DNA of 64,000 bases from Candidatus Daviesbacteria bacterium (GTDB taxonomy: Bacteria; Patescibacteriota; Microgenomatia; Daviesbacterales; UBA10151): positions 482,634 to 546,633 of the forward strand of contig JAQTZF010000001.1 in the NCBI GenBank assembly GCA_028687915.1, written 5' to 3'. The notes under the pieces are model-generated. The model was not told the DNA's origin. It worked only from the letters and a program-made list of their open reading frames with translations, and did no database searches. Made by a program: the position numbers and the translations under genes. Shown here piece after piece: positions 10,163 through 19,575 of this stretch. Within the stretch, counting starts at the first letter, position 1. Each line of letters opens with the position of its first letter.

Positions 10163-11257
10163 ATGAAAAAAATTATTTTAGTTGTTGGTGCGCGACCTAA
10201 TTTTATGAAGGCAGCACCTCTCTATCGCCACCTTAGAAAACAAAATAATTTAAACGTCATTCTTCTCCATACAGGCCAACACTATGACTATGAAATGTCA
10301 CAAATATTTTTTGAAGATTTAGATTTACCCAAACCAGACTACTTTTTAGATGTACAATCAGGCTCGCATGCAAAGCAAACAGCTAAAATTATGGTTAAGT
10401 TTGAAAAGGTTTTGTTAAAGGAAAAACCAGATATGGTGGTAGTATTTGGAGATGTTAATTCAACGGTTGCTTGTAGTTTAACTGCTAAGAAAATGCAAAT
10501 AGTAATCGCACATGTTGAAGCAGGTTTGAGAAGCTATGATGAAACTATGCCGGAAGAGATTAATCGACGCGTAACTGATAGTATTTCAGATCTACTGCTT
10601 ACACCTTCAGAAGATGCTAACGTAAATCTTTTGAAGGAAGGTGTGGATAAGGAGAAAATATTTTTAGTAGGTAATATTATGATTGATTCTTTAGTGGTGG
10701 TTATAAATAAGATAAAAGATGAGACTAAAATCTTAAAAAAACTTAAATTAGAAGCAAAGGAATATTGTTTAGTTACAATACACAGACCTTCAAATGTTGA
10801 TAATGAAGAAATATTAGCTGAGATTGTGAGTAAGCTTAATGAGGTTAGTGAAAAAATACCTGTTGTTTTTCCTGTTCATCCTAGGACAAGAAAACACTTA
10901 CAAGACTGGAAGATTAAAATTGGCAGTAAAATTTTACTAACTTCTCCTTTAGGATATAGAGATTTTACATGTTTAGAAAGAAACTCTAGATTAGTCATTA
11001 CGGATTCAGGCGGAATTCAAGAGGAGACGACTTTTTTAAATATTCCTTGTTTAACACTTCGCCCTAATACTGAAAGACCTATTACAATCCAAATGGGAAC
11101 AAATAAGTTGGTAACTGAAAAAAGTTTATTAAATGAGGTTGAATTTGTCTTAAACAATAATAACAAAAAGGGGAAGATACCTGCTTTATGGGATGGAAAA
11201 ACAGCATTAAGAATTTCTGAAATATTAATTCAAAAGCTTTTAGTTAATCAAACATGA
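10163..11257 (+). CDS. wecB: UDP-N-acetylglucosamine 2-epimerase (non-hydrolysing)
   Basis: GARPNFMK, HTGQHYD, GDVNST, HVEAGLRS, PEEINR, TDSGGIQEE, WDG. ATG at 10163. Confidence 0.95.
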   Translation: MKKIILVVGARPNFMKAAPLYRHLRKQNNLNVILLHTGQHYDYEMSQIFFEDLDLPKPDYFLDVQSGSHAKQTAKIMVKFEKVLLKEKPDMVVVFGDVNSTVACSLTAKKMQIVIAHVEAGLRSYDETMPEEINRRVTDSISDLLLTPSEDANVNLLKEGVDKEKIFLVGNIMIDSLVVVINKIKDETKILKKLKLEAKEYCLVTIHRPSNVDNEEILAEIVSKLNEVSEKIPVVFPVHPRTRKHLQDWKIKIGSKILLTSPLGYRDFTCLERNSRLVITDSGGIQEETTFLNIPCLTLRPNTERPITIQMGTNKLVTEKSLLNEVEFVLNNNNKKGKIPALWDGKTALRISEILIQKLLVNQT

Positions 11258-12420
11258 AAATTCTTATTGTAATTGATTACTATCAACCGGTACTGGGTTA
11301 TAGTGATAGCTTTTTAGCTAGTAATTTCAAAAAAATGGGTCATGAAGTTAAGGTATTAACATCAAACTTTTATTTTCCATTTCCGAATTATGATAGCACC
11401 GTTAAAAAAGTTTTAGGTAGTAGGCAATTATCAGCAGGTGTTGAAATATATGACGGAATAGAAATTACTCGTCAAAAAATGATCAAAGAAGTATTTGCCA
11501 GAGCGATTTTTTCCGGACACACAGAATTTCTTAAAGCTTATCAGCCAGATTTGGTATTAGTAAATAAAGCAGCTAGTTATAACGCTGTTAGACTGTGTCA
11601 GTTGAAAAAAAACTTTAACTATAAATTATATTGTTATGATAGCCATCTTCCTTCTGAACTAGAAAGGGAGAATGTTCTTTTAAAAAAGATTGTTTATTTT
11701 ATTTTCAGGTTTTTCTTTGCAGAACTTATTAATTCTAAGATAGATAAGTTTATTGCTGTTCAGGAAAAGACAGAAGATGTAATGAAAAAGTATTATGGTG
11801 TTAAGAAAAATATTGTTGTTATACCCTTGGGAACTGATATAGAAAGATTTAAGTATAGTGTTGATGAAAGATTGAATATAAGAAAAAAATACAAAATAAA
11901 GAATGATGATTTTGTAATTATTTATACAGGCAAAGTAATTGAATCTAAAGGTGTAAAGATTCTTTTTGAAGCATTTAATTATCTTTGTAAAGATATATTA
12001 AATATAAAGTTATTTATTGTGGGTGAAGGTAGCAAGGAGTATGTAGATAGTTGTTTATCAAGATTAGATAAACAATATCATAATCAAGTTATTTGGGTAG
12101 AATTTCAACGCCCTGAAAACTTATTTAAATTTTATTCATCCGCCGACATTGGTGTTTGGCCATTACAAGAATCTACAAGTATGAATGATGCTGCGGCAAA
12201 TTCTTTGCCATTTATTGCAAATGACACTATCGGTGATAAAACTAGGATTGGGAATAAGAATGCTTTGCTATATAAAAAAGGTAACAGTAAAGAGCTAGCA
12301 AAGAAGATTAAATATCTCTATAATAATGCAGAGATGAGAAAAGTTATGGCTAAAAGAGGAAGGGAGCTTGCAGAAAAAAAATTGTCTTGGAAAAATACAG
12401 CTGCAAAGTTCTTAGAGTAA
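11254..12420 (+). CDS. GT4 glycosyltransferase
   Basis: IPLGTD, YTGK...KG, ADIGVWP, SMNDAAA, LSW; GT-B layout. Confidence 0.85.
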   Translation: MKILIVIDYYQPVLGYSDSFLASNFKKMGHEVKVLTSNFYFPFPNYDSTVKKVLGSRQLSAGVEIYDGIEITRQKMIKEVFARAIFSGHTEFLKAYQPDLVLVNKAASYNAVRLCQLKKNFNYKLYCYDSHLPSELERENVLLKKIVYFIFRFFFAELINSKIDKFIAVQEKTEDVMKKYYGVKKNIVVIPLGTDIERFKYSVDERLNIRKKYKIKNDDFVIIYTGKVIESKGVKILFEAFNYLCKDILNIKLFIVGEGSKEYVDSCLSRLDKQYHNQVIWVEFQRPENLFKFYSSADIGVWPLQESTSMNDAAANSLPFIANDTIGDKTRIGNKNALLYKKGNSKELAKKIKYLYNNAEMRKVMAKRGRELAEKKLSWKNTAAKFLE

Positions 12421-12422
12421 TC

Positions 12423-13592
12423 ATGCTTCGTTTATTATTGCCAAAATCTATTTTAATATGTCTTCGTGATTCTTTAGGTATCCTTCATCCAGAACATGCA
12501 AATGAAGAGCACATTAAAGCAAGTTTAGAATGGTTAAAATTTGCGCAGGATAAAAGTACTGATGGAGGAGTTTCTGCATGGTATTCTTTATCTACAGAAT
12601 GGATGCCTTCTTACATAGAAACAACCGGTTATATAATTAGTACATTCTTACAGTGTTCAAAGTACTTCAATGATCAAGACCTTAAAAAGAGGGCAATTAA
12701 AATGGGGGATTTTCTAATCGATATGCAAAATAAAGATGGTAGTTTTCGAAGACAGGTATTGTCAGTTACAAACGACACAGAACCCATAATCTTTGACACA
12801 GGACAAGATATATTGGGGCTAACAGATTTATACCAACAAACAAAAACTAAAAAATACCTTACGTCCGCAGTTAAGGCAGCAGACTTTTTATGCTCTGTTC
12901 AAGAAAAAGATGGGAGTTGGATAAAGTTTGAATATGGGGGAAAGCCCAGAAGCTATGAAACCAGAACAGCGTGGGCTTTATTAAAAGTATATAAACTAAC
13001 AAATAAAATAAAATATAAAAACTTTGGAGTAAAGAACTTAGATTGGTCTGGTAAAAATCAATTAACAAATGGATGGATTAAATATAACGAGTTGCCTTTC
13101 CCAAACCCATCACAGCCCCTTGTGCACACAATTTCTTATGCAATAGAGGGATTTTTGTGGTCAGGTATATTATTAAATGATAAGAAGTATATTAAGATTG
13201 CTCAAAAATCTGCTGATCAAATTTTGAATTACTTAAATAATAATAATTATATTCCCGGAACATTTAATAAGAACTGGAAATCCAGTGATCGCTATACCTG
13301 TTTGACAGGGAATGCACAAATTTCATTAGTTTGGTTAGAGCTATATAAGATTACTAAAAACATAAAATATTTAGAGGCATCTAAAAAAGTCAATTCTTAT
13401 TTAAAAAGAACACAGGATATTTCTACAAATGATTTAAATATAAGAGGAGGGCTTAAAGGCAGCTTTCCAATCTATGGAGATATTTTAAAATTTAGTGGTT
13501 ATTGTAGGATGGCATATTTAAATTGGGCTGTAAAATTTTTTATAGATTCATTGATAGCAGAGAATATGATAAAAAAAGAAAAGCAATTATGA
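12423..13592 (+). CDS. (alpha/alpha)6-barrel protein with prenyltransferase/squalene-cyclase-type repeats, function unknown
   Basis: Repeated Q..DG[S][WF] motifs (AQDKSTDGG, MQNKDGSF, VQEKDGSW, NQLTNGW), plus SYIETTGY, FDTGQ, CLTGNAQ and NWAVKFF. ATG at 12423. Confidence 0.65.
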   Translation: MLRLLLPKSILICLRDSLGILHPEHANEEHIKASLEWLKFAQDKSTDGGVSAWYSLSTEWMPSYIETTGYIISTFLQCSKYFNDQDLKKRAIKMGDFLIDMQNKDGSFRRQVLSVTNDTEPIIFDTGQDILGLTDLYQQTKTKKYLTSAVKAADFLCSVQEKDGSWIKFEYGGKPRSYETRTAWALLKVYKLTNKIKYKNFGVKNLDWSGKNQLTNGWIKYNELPFPNPSQPLVHTISYAIEGFLWSGILLNDKKYIKIAQKSADQILNYLNNNNYIPGTFNKNWKSSDRYTCLTGNAQISLVWLELYKITKNIKYLEASKKVNSYLKRTQDISTNDLNIRGGLKGSFPIYGDILKFSGYCRMAYLNWAVKFFIDSLIAENMIKKEKQL

Positions 13593-14473
13593 ACTATTTA
13601 CTGTCATTTCAAAAGGTTCTAAATCATCCAAATAATAAAGGAGCTGCTATGATCACCCTTGGGCGCCTTTTATTATGGAAGCTTAACCAACTCACCTTAC
13701 GCAGGCCTGTAATCGTTAACTTGACGCAAGAGATGAAATGTATATGTCATCCTGATAGTTCATTTGGAAGCTTAATTATTTATACTAAGTTTCCTGAATA
13801 TGAAGAGATGAAATTTTTCTATGACTTCATTAAAAAGGATGATGTATTTGTGGATGTTGGAGCAAATATTGGAGCATATTCATTACTTGCTTCTTCAAAG
13901 ATTAAAAAGGGTAAGATATTTGCTTTTGAACCATCAAAGAAAGCTGCATTATATTTAAGGGAAAATATTAAATTGAATCATCTTGAAAATCTTGTGACTG
14001 TTATTGAAAGCGTGGTATCTGATAAGGATGGATTTGAGAAGTTTACTGTAGGAAGACATTCGGAAGTAGATAGAATTAAGAGTCCAGAAACATCAACCCA
14101 AAGTGTAAGGACAATTGCTTCAACTACACTTGATAAATTCTTAAAATCCAAGAGAATTACATACATAGATATGGTAAAGATAGACGTAGAAGGTGCAGAA
14201 TTAAAAATCCTAAAAGGATTAAAATCGTATTTAAAGAATAGTTCTGTGGGAAGTATATTATTTGAGGTAAATTTAAATTGTAAAGATTACGGTTCTACGA
14301 TAGATGAACTATTTAATTTTTTAGAAGACAAAGGGTTTATAATTTATAGTATTTTAGAAAATAATAAAATCGTAAAGCTAAAGAGAGATCAATTCGATCA
14401 CAATAATACGGTGAATGCTCTAGCAGTCAGTAAATCTAGAAAAGCTCAAGGTAGAATAAAAAGATTCTTATAA
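13589..14473 (+). CDS. FkbM-family methyltransferase
   Basis: FVDVGANIGAYS, AFEPS, TLD, KIDVEGAE. Start set at the ATGA overlap at 13589. Confidence 0.92.
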   Translation: MNYLLSFQKVLNHPNNKGAAMITLGRLLLWKLNQLTLRRPVIVNLTQEMKCICHPDSSFGSLIIYTKFPEYEEMKFFYDFIKKDDVFVDVGANIGAYSLLASSKIKKGKIFAFEPSKKAALYLRENIKLNHLENLVTVIESVVSDKDGFEKFTVGRHSEVDRIKSPETSTQSVRTIASTTLDKFLKSKRITYIDMVKIDVEGAELKILKGLKSYLKNSSVGSILFEVNLNCKDYGSTIDELFNFLEDKGFIIYSILENNKIVKLKRDQFDHNNTVNALAVSKSRKAQGRIKRFL

Positions 14474-14484
14474 ATTAATACATT

Positions 14485-15195
14485 ATGCATCCAACCTACA
14501 AATACATCCTTTCGCTACTAAACTTGCAAAAAGCAGAAGATAATTCAGTTAAGGTTGTTGATTACGGGTGTGGCAATGGACTATTACTGAGTTACTTAGT
14601 GAAACGAAAAATTAAAGAATATATAGGCTTTGATATTAATAAAGAAAGTATTTTAGAAGCAAAAAGAAAATATCATAATAAAAATATTTCTTTTTTGTTA
14701 CTGAGTCGTAATAAAAAAATGTTTGAAAGAATGAAATCAGTTGACCTACTTGTTCTGATTGGAGTATTGCAATACCTATCAGAAGAAGAGATAGATTGGT
14801 TGTTATTAAGTTCACAAAAGATACTCAAAAAGAAAGGGCGCATTATTATAAGTTGTACTCCTGATAATTGGCCTTATCGGTTATTTAATTTATATAGAAT
14901 TATATTGCCAAATAAATTTATCAATAAGGATCTGTTTATTGATAAAGCTAAAAAGAATGGCTTTGAAGTGTCTGCTTGTACCCAAAAAGGTTTGCTCCTG
15001 GCACCGCTTTTTTCAAATATTATAGTCATTTTTTTTGACTTTATGGATAAGTTAGTTTTTAAGACAAAGGGTAAGCTTGGTCCAGTAGGAATAGTTTCTA
15101 GAAAAGTAATCAATCCTTTACTTATGCTTGAATATTTATTACCTATTAATTATGGGTATACTATGTTTGTTGAATTACAAAAGAATGAAAAATAA
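14485..15195 (+). CDS. Class I SAM-dependent methyltransferase
   Basis: VVDYGCGNG, GFDIN, VLQYL, LKKKG. Confidence 0.88.
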   Translation: MHPTYKYILSLLNLQKAEDNSVKVVDYGCGNGLLLSYLVKRKIKEYIGFDINKESILEAKRKYHNKNISFLLLSRNKKMFERMKSVDLLVLIGVLQYLSEEEIDWLLLSSQKILKKKGRIIISCTPDNWPYRLFNLYRIILPNKFINKDLFIDKAKKNGFEVSACTQKGLLLAPLFSNIIVIFFDFMDKLVFKTKGKLGPVGIVSRKVINPLLMLEYLLPINYGYTMFVELQKNEK

Positions 15196-16450
15196 ATTAT
15201 CAGTTGTGTTAATTTGTGATCATATACAGCGTGAATTAGCTTCATTAAAAATGTTGCGTGAACAAATGCTTTCGGAAAACCTATCAGTTTCAATCATTGG
15301 CAGTTTGGCGGAGGTTAAGCGAATGTATTATCAATTATATCGCCTTAAGCCAGATATTGTTTTCATATCACAAATTCAAGAAAAGATTACTCGTGATATG
15401 GCTAGATATGTAAAGGACTGTGGGGCAATAGTTTGTGTATTACCGGCAGAACTATCATATTCAAGGGCGAACCTCTTTTGGCTTTATAATCAGAGGCTTA
15501 CGTATAATGAATTGGTTGATTACTATTTTTTGCCAGGCGAACAATTTCTGAATGATATATTGGAATTTACAGATATTGATAGAAGAAAGATGGTTGTTGT
15601 GGGTTCTCCAAAAATGGACTTATTAATTTCAAAGTATAAAAAATCATTCTTGAGCAGGGAAGAATTTTGTACTAAATATAAAATACCGTTGGGGAAAAAA
15701 AATATTTTTATCTATACAACATTCGCAGCTAGTACCATAGACTATATTAAAAAAGAAGCAGCCTTTAAAGGTAACGTTAAAGCTACTTTAAGAATCTATC
15801 GTTGTATAAGTGAAACTAAAAAAATTTTCTTAAAGGATATAAATAGAATTTGTATTGATAATCCAGAGTGTAATATTATTATTAAGCCACATCCACTTGA
15901 GGATACGTCAGAGTACCTAAAAATTAAGCACAGTAATTATTATGTTGTTCAAAACGAACTGTTTAATAACACTGTTAGCAGTATAGACTTAGCAATACAT
16001 TGGAACTCTACGGTTGCCACTGAATGTTGGATACAAAGAAAAAAGACTATTCAATATGCACCAATTAGTAAATATTCTGACCTGTTAAGCGAATTTAACC
16101 AATGTAACCCAGTATTTGAAAATTATAAAGAATTAGACTGTGGTATAAAAAAATACTTAGGATGTAATATTGATGCAAAATATCTGAGGTCTCAAAAGGA
16201 TTACTTGAAACTGTGGTATTATCGACTTGATGGTAAAGCAATGAACAGGATATTAAATATCTTAGTAAAAAATATTAAGCCTAACAAATCAAAGCATTAC
16301 TTTAAAAATTATCCATTCTCCTTTAAAGTATATTCTTATGTAGAAAGCCTGTTAGGATTGTCGATTGCCAGGTGGTTAGTTAAACTTGTTAAGAGAGATT
16401 TTCAGCGACAGTATGCACTGGAAAACTATATTCTAGAGGAGGCCAAATGA
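15185..16450 (+). CDS. Surface carbohydrate biosynthesis protein (TIGR04396-like GT-B fold), candidate nonulosonic acid transferase
   Basis: N-terminal REL, VVGSPKMD, IIIKPHPLE, HWNSTVATE, DG.A..RI. ATG at 15185. Confidence 0.6.
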   Translation: MKNKLSVVLICDHIQRELASLKMLREQMLSENLSVSIIGSLAEVKRMYYQLYRLKPDIVFISQIQEKITRDMARYVKDCGAIVCVLPAELSYSRANLFWLYNQRLTYNELVDYYFLPGEQFLNDILEFTDIDRRKMVVVGSPKMDLLISKYKKSFLSREEFCTKYKIPLGKKNIFIYTTFAASTIDYIKKEAAFKGNVKATLRIYRCISETKKIFLKDINRICIDNPECNIIIKPHPLEDTSEYLKIKHSNYYVVQNELFNNTVSSIDLAIHWNSTVATECWIQRKKTIQYAPISKYSDLLSEFNQCNPVFENYKELDCGIKKYLGCNIDAKYLRSQKDYLKLWYYRLDGKAMNRILNILVKNIKPNKSKHYFKNYPFSFKVYSYVESLLGLSIARWLVKLVKRDFQRQYALENYILEEAK

Positions 16451-17247
16451 CAAAGAAAATAGACGAAAGAATTGCATACTGGGAGAATAATTATGTTAGT
16501 TATTGGAAAGATAGAGTTAGTAGTGCATCAGAAAATAAACTTGTTAAAAAGGACATATTGCCTCCAGATATAAAAATATTTCGTAAATATTACAAAAAAG
16601 CTTTAACTTATCTTCGTAATGATTCTTCTAGAATGCTTGATGTTGGAATAGGGTTTGGTAGGTCTGTACCGCTTTATCAAGATTATTTTAAGAACAATAT
16701 CTGGGGAAGTGATATTTCTCAGGGAATGATTGAAGAATGTAAAAAATCTTATCCGCATATTGCTAATCAAGTGGTGGCAGCTTCGGCTGAAAAGCAGCCT
16801 TTTAAGAATAACTTTGTTGATCTGATTGTTTGTTGGGCAACATTTGATGCAACTTATCAAGAAAAAGTATTATGGGAATTTCAAAGACTGTTGGATATTA
16901 ATGGTGTGGTATTAGTAACTGGTAAAAATAATAATTATTGTTTAAATGATAAGAAGGCTTTGGCTGCAGAAATTGGAGCAAGAAATAAGAATCACCCAAA
17001 TTACTTTACAGATATAAAGATTTTAAGGGAAAACATTGAAGATTTTGGTTTTGTAATAAAAGAACTTATTTGTTTTAAAAGACGAGGAGATTTTGCAAAA
17101 GATAATTATAGTAAGAAAGATTCACAAAAGTTTTATGAATATGTATTAATACTTCAGAAAATAAAAGATACAGAAGAAAAGAATTTAAAATTTAAGATTG
17201 CTGATGAGTTTAGCCAAAGTTTTAAAAATAAATATGTACAAAAATAA
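16447..17247 (+). CDS. Class I SAM-dependent methyltransferase
   Basis: MLDVGIGFGR, GSDISQGM, AE..PF, EFQRLL. Confidence 0.85.
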   Translation: MTKKIDERIAYWENNYVSYWKDRVSSASENKLVKKDILPPDIKIFRKYYKKALTYLRNDSSRMLDVGIGFGRSVPLYQDYFKNNIWGSDISQGMIEECKKSYPHIANQVVAASAEKQPFKNNFVDLIVCWATFDATYQEKVLWEFQRLLDINGVVLVTGKNNNYCLNDKKALAAEIGARNKNHPNYFTDIKILRENIEDFGFVIKELICFKRRGDFAKDNYSKKDSQKFYEYVLILQKIKDTEEKNLKFKIADEFSQSFKNKYVQK

Positions 17248-17959
17248 GAAAATTGTTCTAACTATCTGTGCAAGAGGTGGATCGAAAGGATATCCTGGAA
17301 AAAATATTAAATCTATTTTTAGGAAGCCCCTTTTAGCATATTCAATTGAACAAGCTAAAGCTTTAGACTGGGTAGATCGGATAGTTGTTTCAACTGATGA
17401 TCCAAAAATAAAAAAAGTAGCTGAAAAATGGGGAGTTGAGGTTCCTTTTTTAAGACCACCGGAATTAGCTACGGATACAGTATCAAAAATCCCTGTTTTT
17501 CTTCATGCTATACAAGAAGCTGAGAAACACTGGAATGAAAAATATGATATTTGGGTAGACTTAGATGTTACCAGCCCACTACGTTTTTCTGAAGATATTG
17601 AACAAGCAGTTAGATTATTATTTACCCCTGAAACTATATCTGTAATTACTGCAATGGAATCTCATCATAATCCCTACTATAATATGTTAGAGAAGGATAA
17701 TAAAGGGTATATATCTTTATCGAAAAAGCATTCACAATCTGTTGTTAGGAGGCAGGATGCACCCAAAGTATATGCAATGAATGGGAGTATATATGTAATG
17801 TGGTGTGATGAGCTAGTAAAAAGAAAGACTTTTTTTACTGAAAAAACACAATTGTATGTTATGCCTCCTGAGAGATCATTTGATATTGATAATGCAGTAG
17901 ATTTTGAAATAGTTAAGCTATATTTAAAACAAAGAATAAAGTCTTGTGAAACTATATAG
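17234..17959 (+). CDS. neuA: CMP-nonulosonic acid synthetase (acylneuraminate cytidylyltransferase)
   Basis: ARGGSKG.PGKN, VSTD, PFLRP.ELATD, TSPLR, RRQD.P, NGSIY, DID...DF. Confidence 0.93.
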   Translation: MYKNKKIVLTICARGGSKGYPGKNIKSIFRKPLLAYSIEQAKALDWVDRIVVSTDDPKIKKVAEKWGVEVPFLRPPELATDTVSKIPVFLHAIQEAEKHWNEKYDIWVDLDVTSPLRFSEDIEQAVRLLFTPETISVITAMESHHNPYYNMLEKDNKGYISLSKKHSQSVVRRQDAPKVYAMNGSIYVMWCDELVKRKTFFTEKTQLYVMPPERSFDIDNAVDFEIVKLYLKQRIKSCETI

Positions 17960-19565
17960 CTGATTTTTTTTGCTTCTTTGAGTAATAATCATCTACCATT
18001 TTCTCTACTATTTTAATTTTTTGTTCTAATGTTTCACCACGTTCATAATCTTTTTTTGTAACTAGTTTACCCAGCCTGTGTTTACCCCGGCAAGCATAAA
18101 GTATATCAAGAGGTGTATTATCAGCTTTTTTGCCGTTAATATCTGTTGTAAAAACTCCTGCTGCATTCCATAAGGTCATTGAAGACCAGTCGTCTAAATT
18201 TCCTGTCCATTTCAATATCCCTTGTTCGATTAGAATGGCTAATTGAGTATTAGGGAGGGGTGTACAAATAGAGATCATGGCATAGACAGCACCTTTTTTC
18301 TCAAGCTTTTGAATATATTTTAATGTTTCCAGTGTTTGTTTTGGAGTTTCACCGGGTAATCCCACCATATTTAATAACTTAACCTCAATCCCTGCTTTGG
18401 CCATTGCTTCTGTTGCGTCTTCAATTGTTTGATTAGAAATTCTTTTTCCAATAGCCTGATATCGAAGTTCCTCATTGCCTGTTTCTGGAGCAATATGTAA
18501 TTGCCGGCACCCTGCCTTATAAATTAATTCTAGTAAATTCATCTTTGATCCTTGGTAAGTTACTGTATGTTTGGCTGCTCTAACAACCAAGTTAGCTCTT
18601 GTAATTGCTGTCCAGATACAACCTTTAAGATTCTTATTTTTTAAGATTCTTCGAGCAGTTTCCTCAACAACATCAAGAGAAACCAGGTAAAGGTCATCAG
18701 TTAAATAGAAATCAACAACACCCAGTCGCCTTAAATATTCCATGTGTTCAATTATTCTTTTTGGTGTAAGCCCTCTCCACATATGGCCAGATACTTCTTG
18801 ATCACAAAAAAAACAGGCATTAGGACAACCGCGTGAAGTAAGCATTGCTAATTGGAATTCGCCTTTTTGTGGCGTAAACTCAGAAAGATGATAGCGCGTT
18901 AAGTCTCCAAGTAATTCGTATTCAGGAATAGGTAGCTTATTAATATCTTCAATTCTATCAGCATGTGTTGGCCAATCCACTTTTGAGGAGGGTTTATTCC
19001 CTAAAAGTAACCTGGTATAACCACGTACAGTATCTTTTAAATAATGAAGTTTTCCTTTATTGTCTTTAAAGACAATTCCGGGAACTTTCTTTAAGAATTC
19101 CTGATTATCCCAGTTTTTAATTAGAATTGGTGTAACAAGCTCGCCTTCACCAACCACCTCATAAGAAAAAATATCACCGTACTTTTCCATTGTTCGAATT
19201 GGTACTGCACTTGGGTGGGGACCACCTAAGAATTGACGATATTTAGATGATTTGGACTTTAATTTAGCTGCGATTCTTGCTGTTTTATCAATAGTGGTAA
19301 TCCATCCAGCCCAACCCACAAAGCCTCCATTAGGCATTAATTCCTGAATTTTGGCTACAGTTTCCTCCTCTGTTAATAGCTCTTTATCTGCATCCAGTAC
19401 AGCTACATCATAACCTTCTTTCTTTAAATATGTAGCAACACATAAAATACCAACAGAAGGAATACTGAATGCGCCACCTCTGGATTTTAGTTCTGGTATA
19501 TCTCTTTCCGCAAATGAATTTGGAGCTACTAGCAATATTTCAGGGGTTGTTGTTTTTTGGACCAT
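17952..19565 (-). CDS. B12-binding radical SAM protein (class B methyltransferase-like)
   Basis: N-terminal cobalamin-binding region (PSVG, GGPHPS, VVGEGE), SRGCPNACFFC, TDD, ETG, GLPGET, PLPNT. Confidence 0.92.
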   Translation of the reverse strand: MVQKTTTPEILLVAPNSFAERDIPELKSRGGAFSIPSVGILCVATYLKKEGYDVAVLDADKELLTEEETVAKIQELMPNGGFVGWAGWITTIDKTARIAAKLKSKSSKYRQFLGGPHPSAVPIRTMEKYGDIFSYEVVGEGELVTPILIKNWDNQEFLKKVPGIVFKDNKGKLHYLKDTVRGYTRLLLGNKPSSKVDWPTHADRIEDINKLPIPEYELLGDLTRYHLSEFTPQKGEFQLAMLTSRGCPNACFFCDQEVSGHMWRGLTPKRIIEHMEYLRRLGVVDFYLTDDLYLVSLDVVEETARRILKNKNLKGCIWTAITRANLVVRAAKHTVTYQGSKMNLLELIYKAGCRQLHIAPETGNEELRYQAIGKRISNQTIEDATEAMAKAGIEVKLLNMVGLPGETPKQTLETLKYIQKLEKKGAVYAMISICTPLPNTQLAILIEQGILKWTGNLDDWSSMTLWNAAGVFTTDINGKKADNTPLDILYACRGKHRLGKLVTKKDYERGETLEQKIKIVEKMVDDYYSKKQKKSAI

Positions 19566-19575
19566 AACTTCGAAA

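Noticed and set aside
12423-13592. Squalene-hopene cyclase call from the QW repeats
   Set aside because: Too short (single barrel), no DxDD motif and no isoprenoid pathway context.
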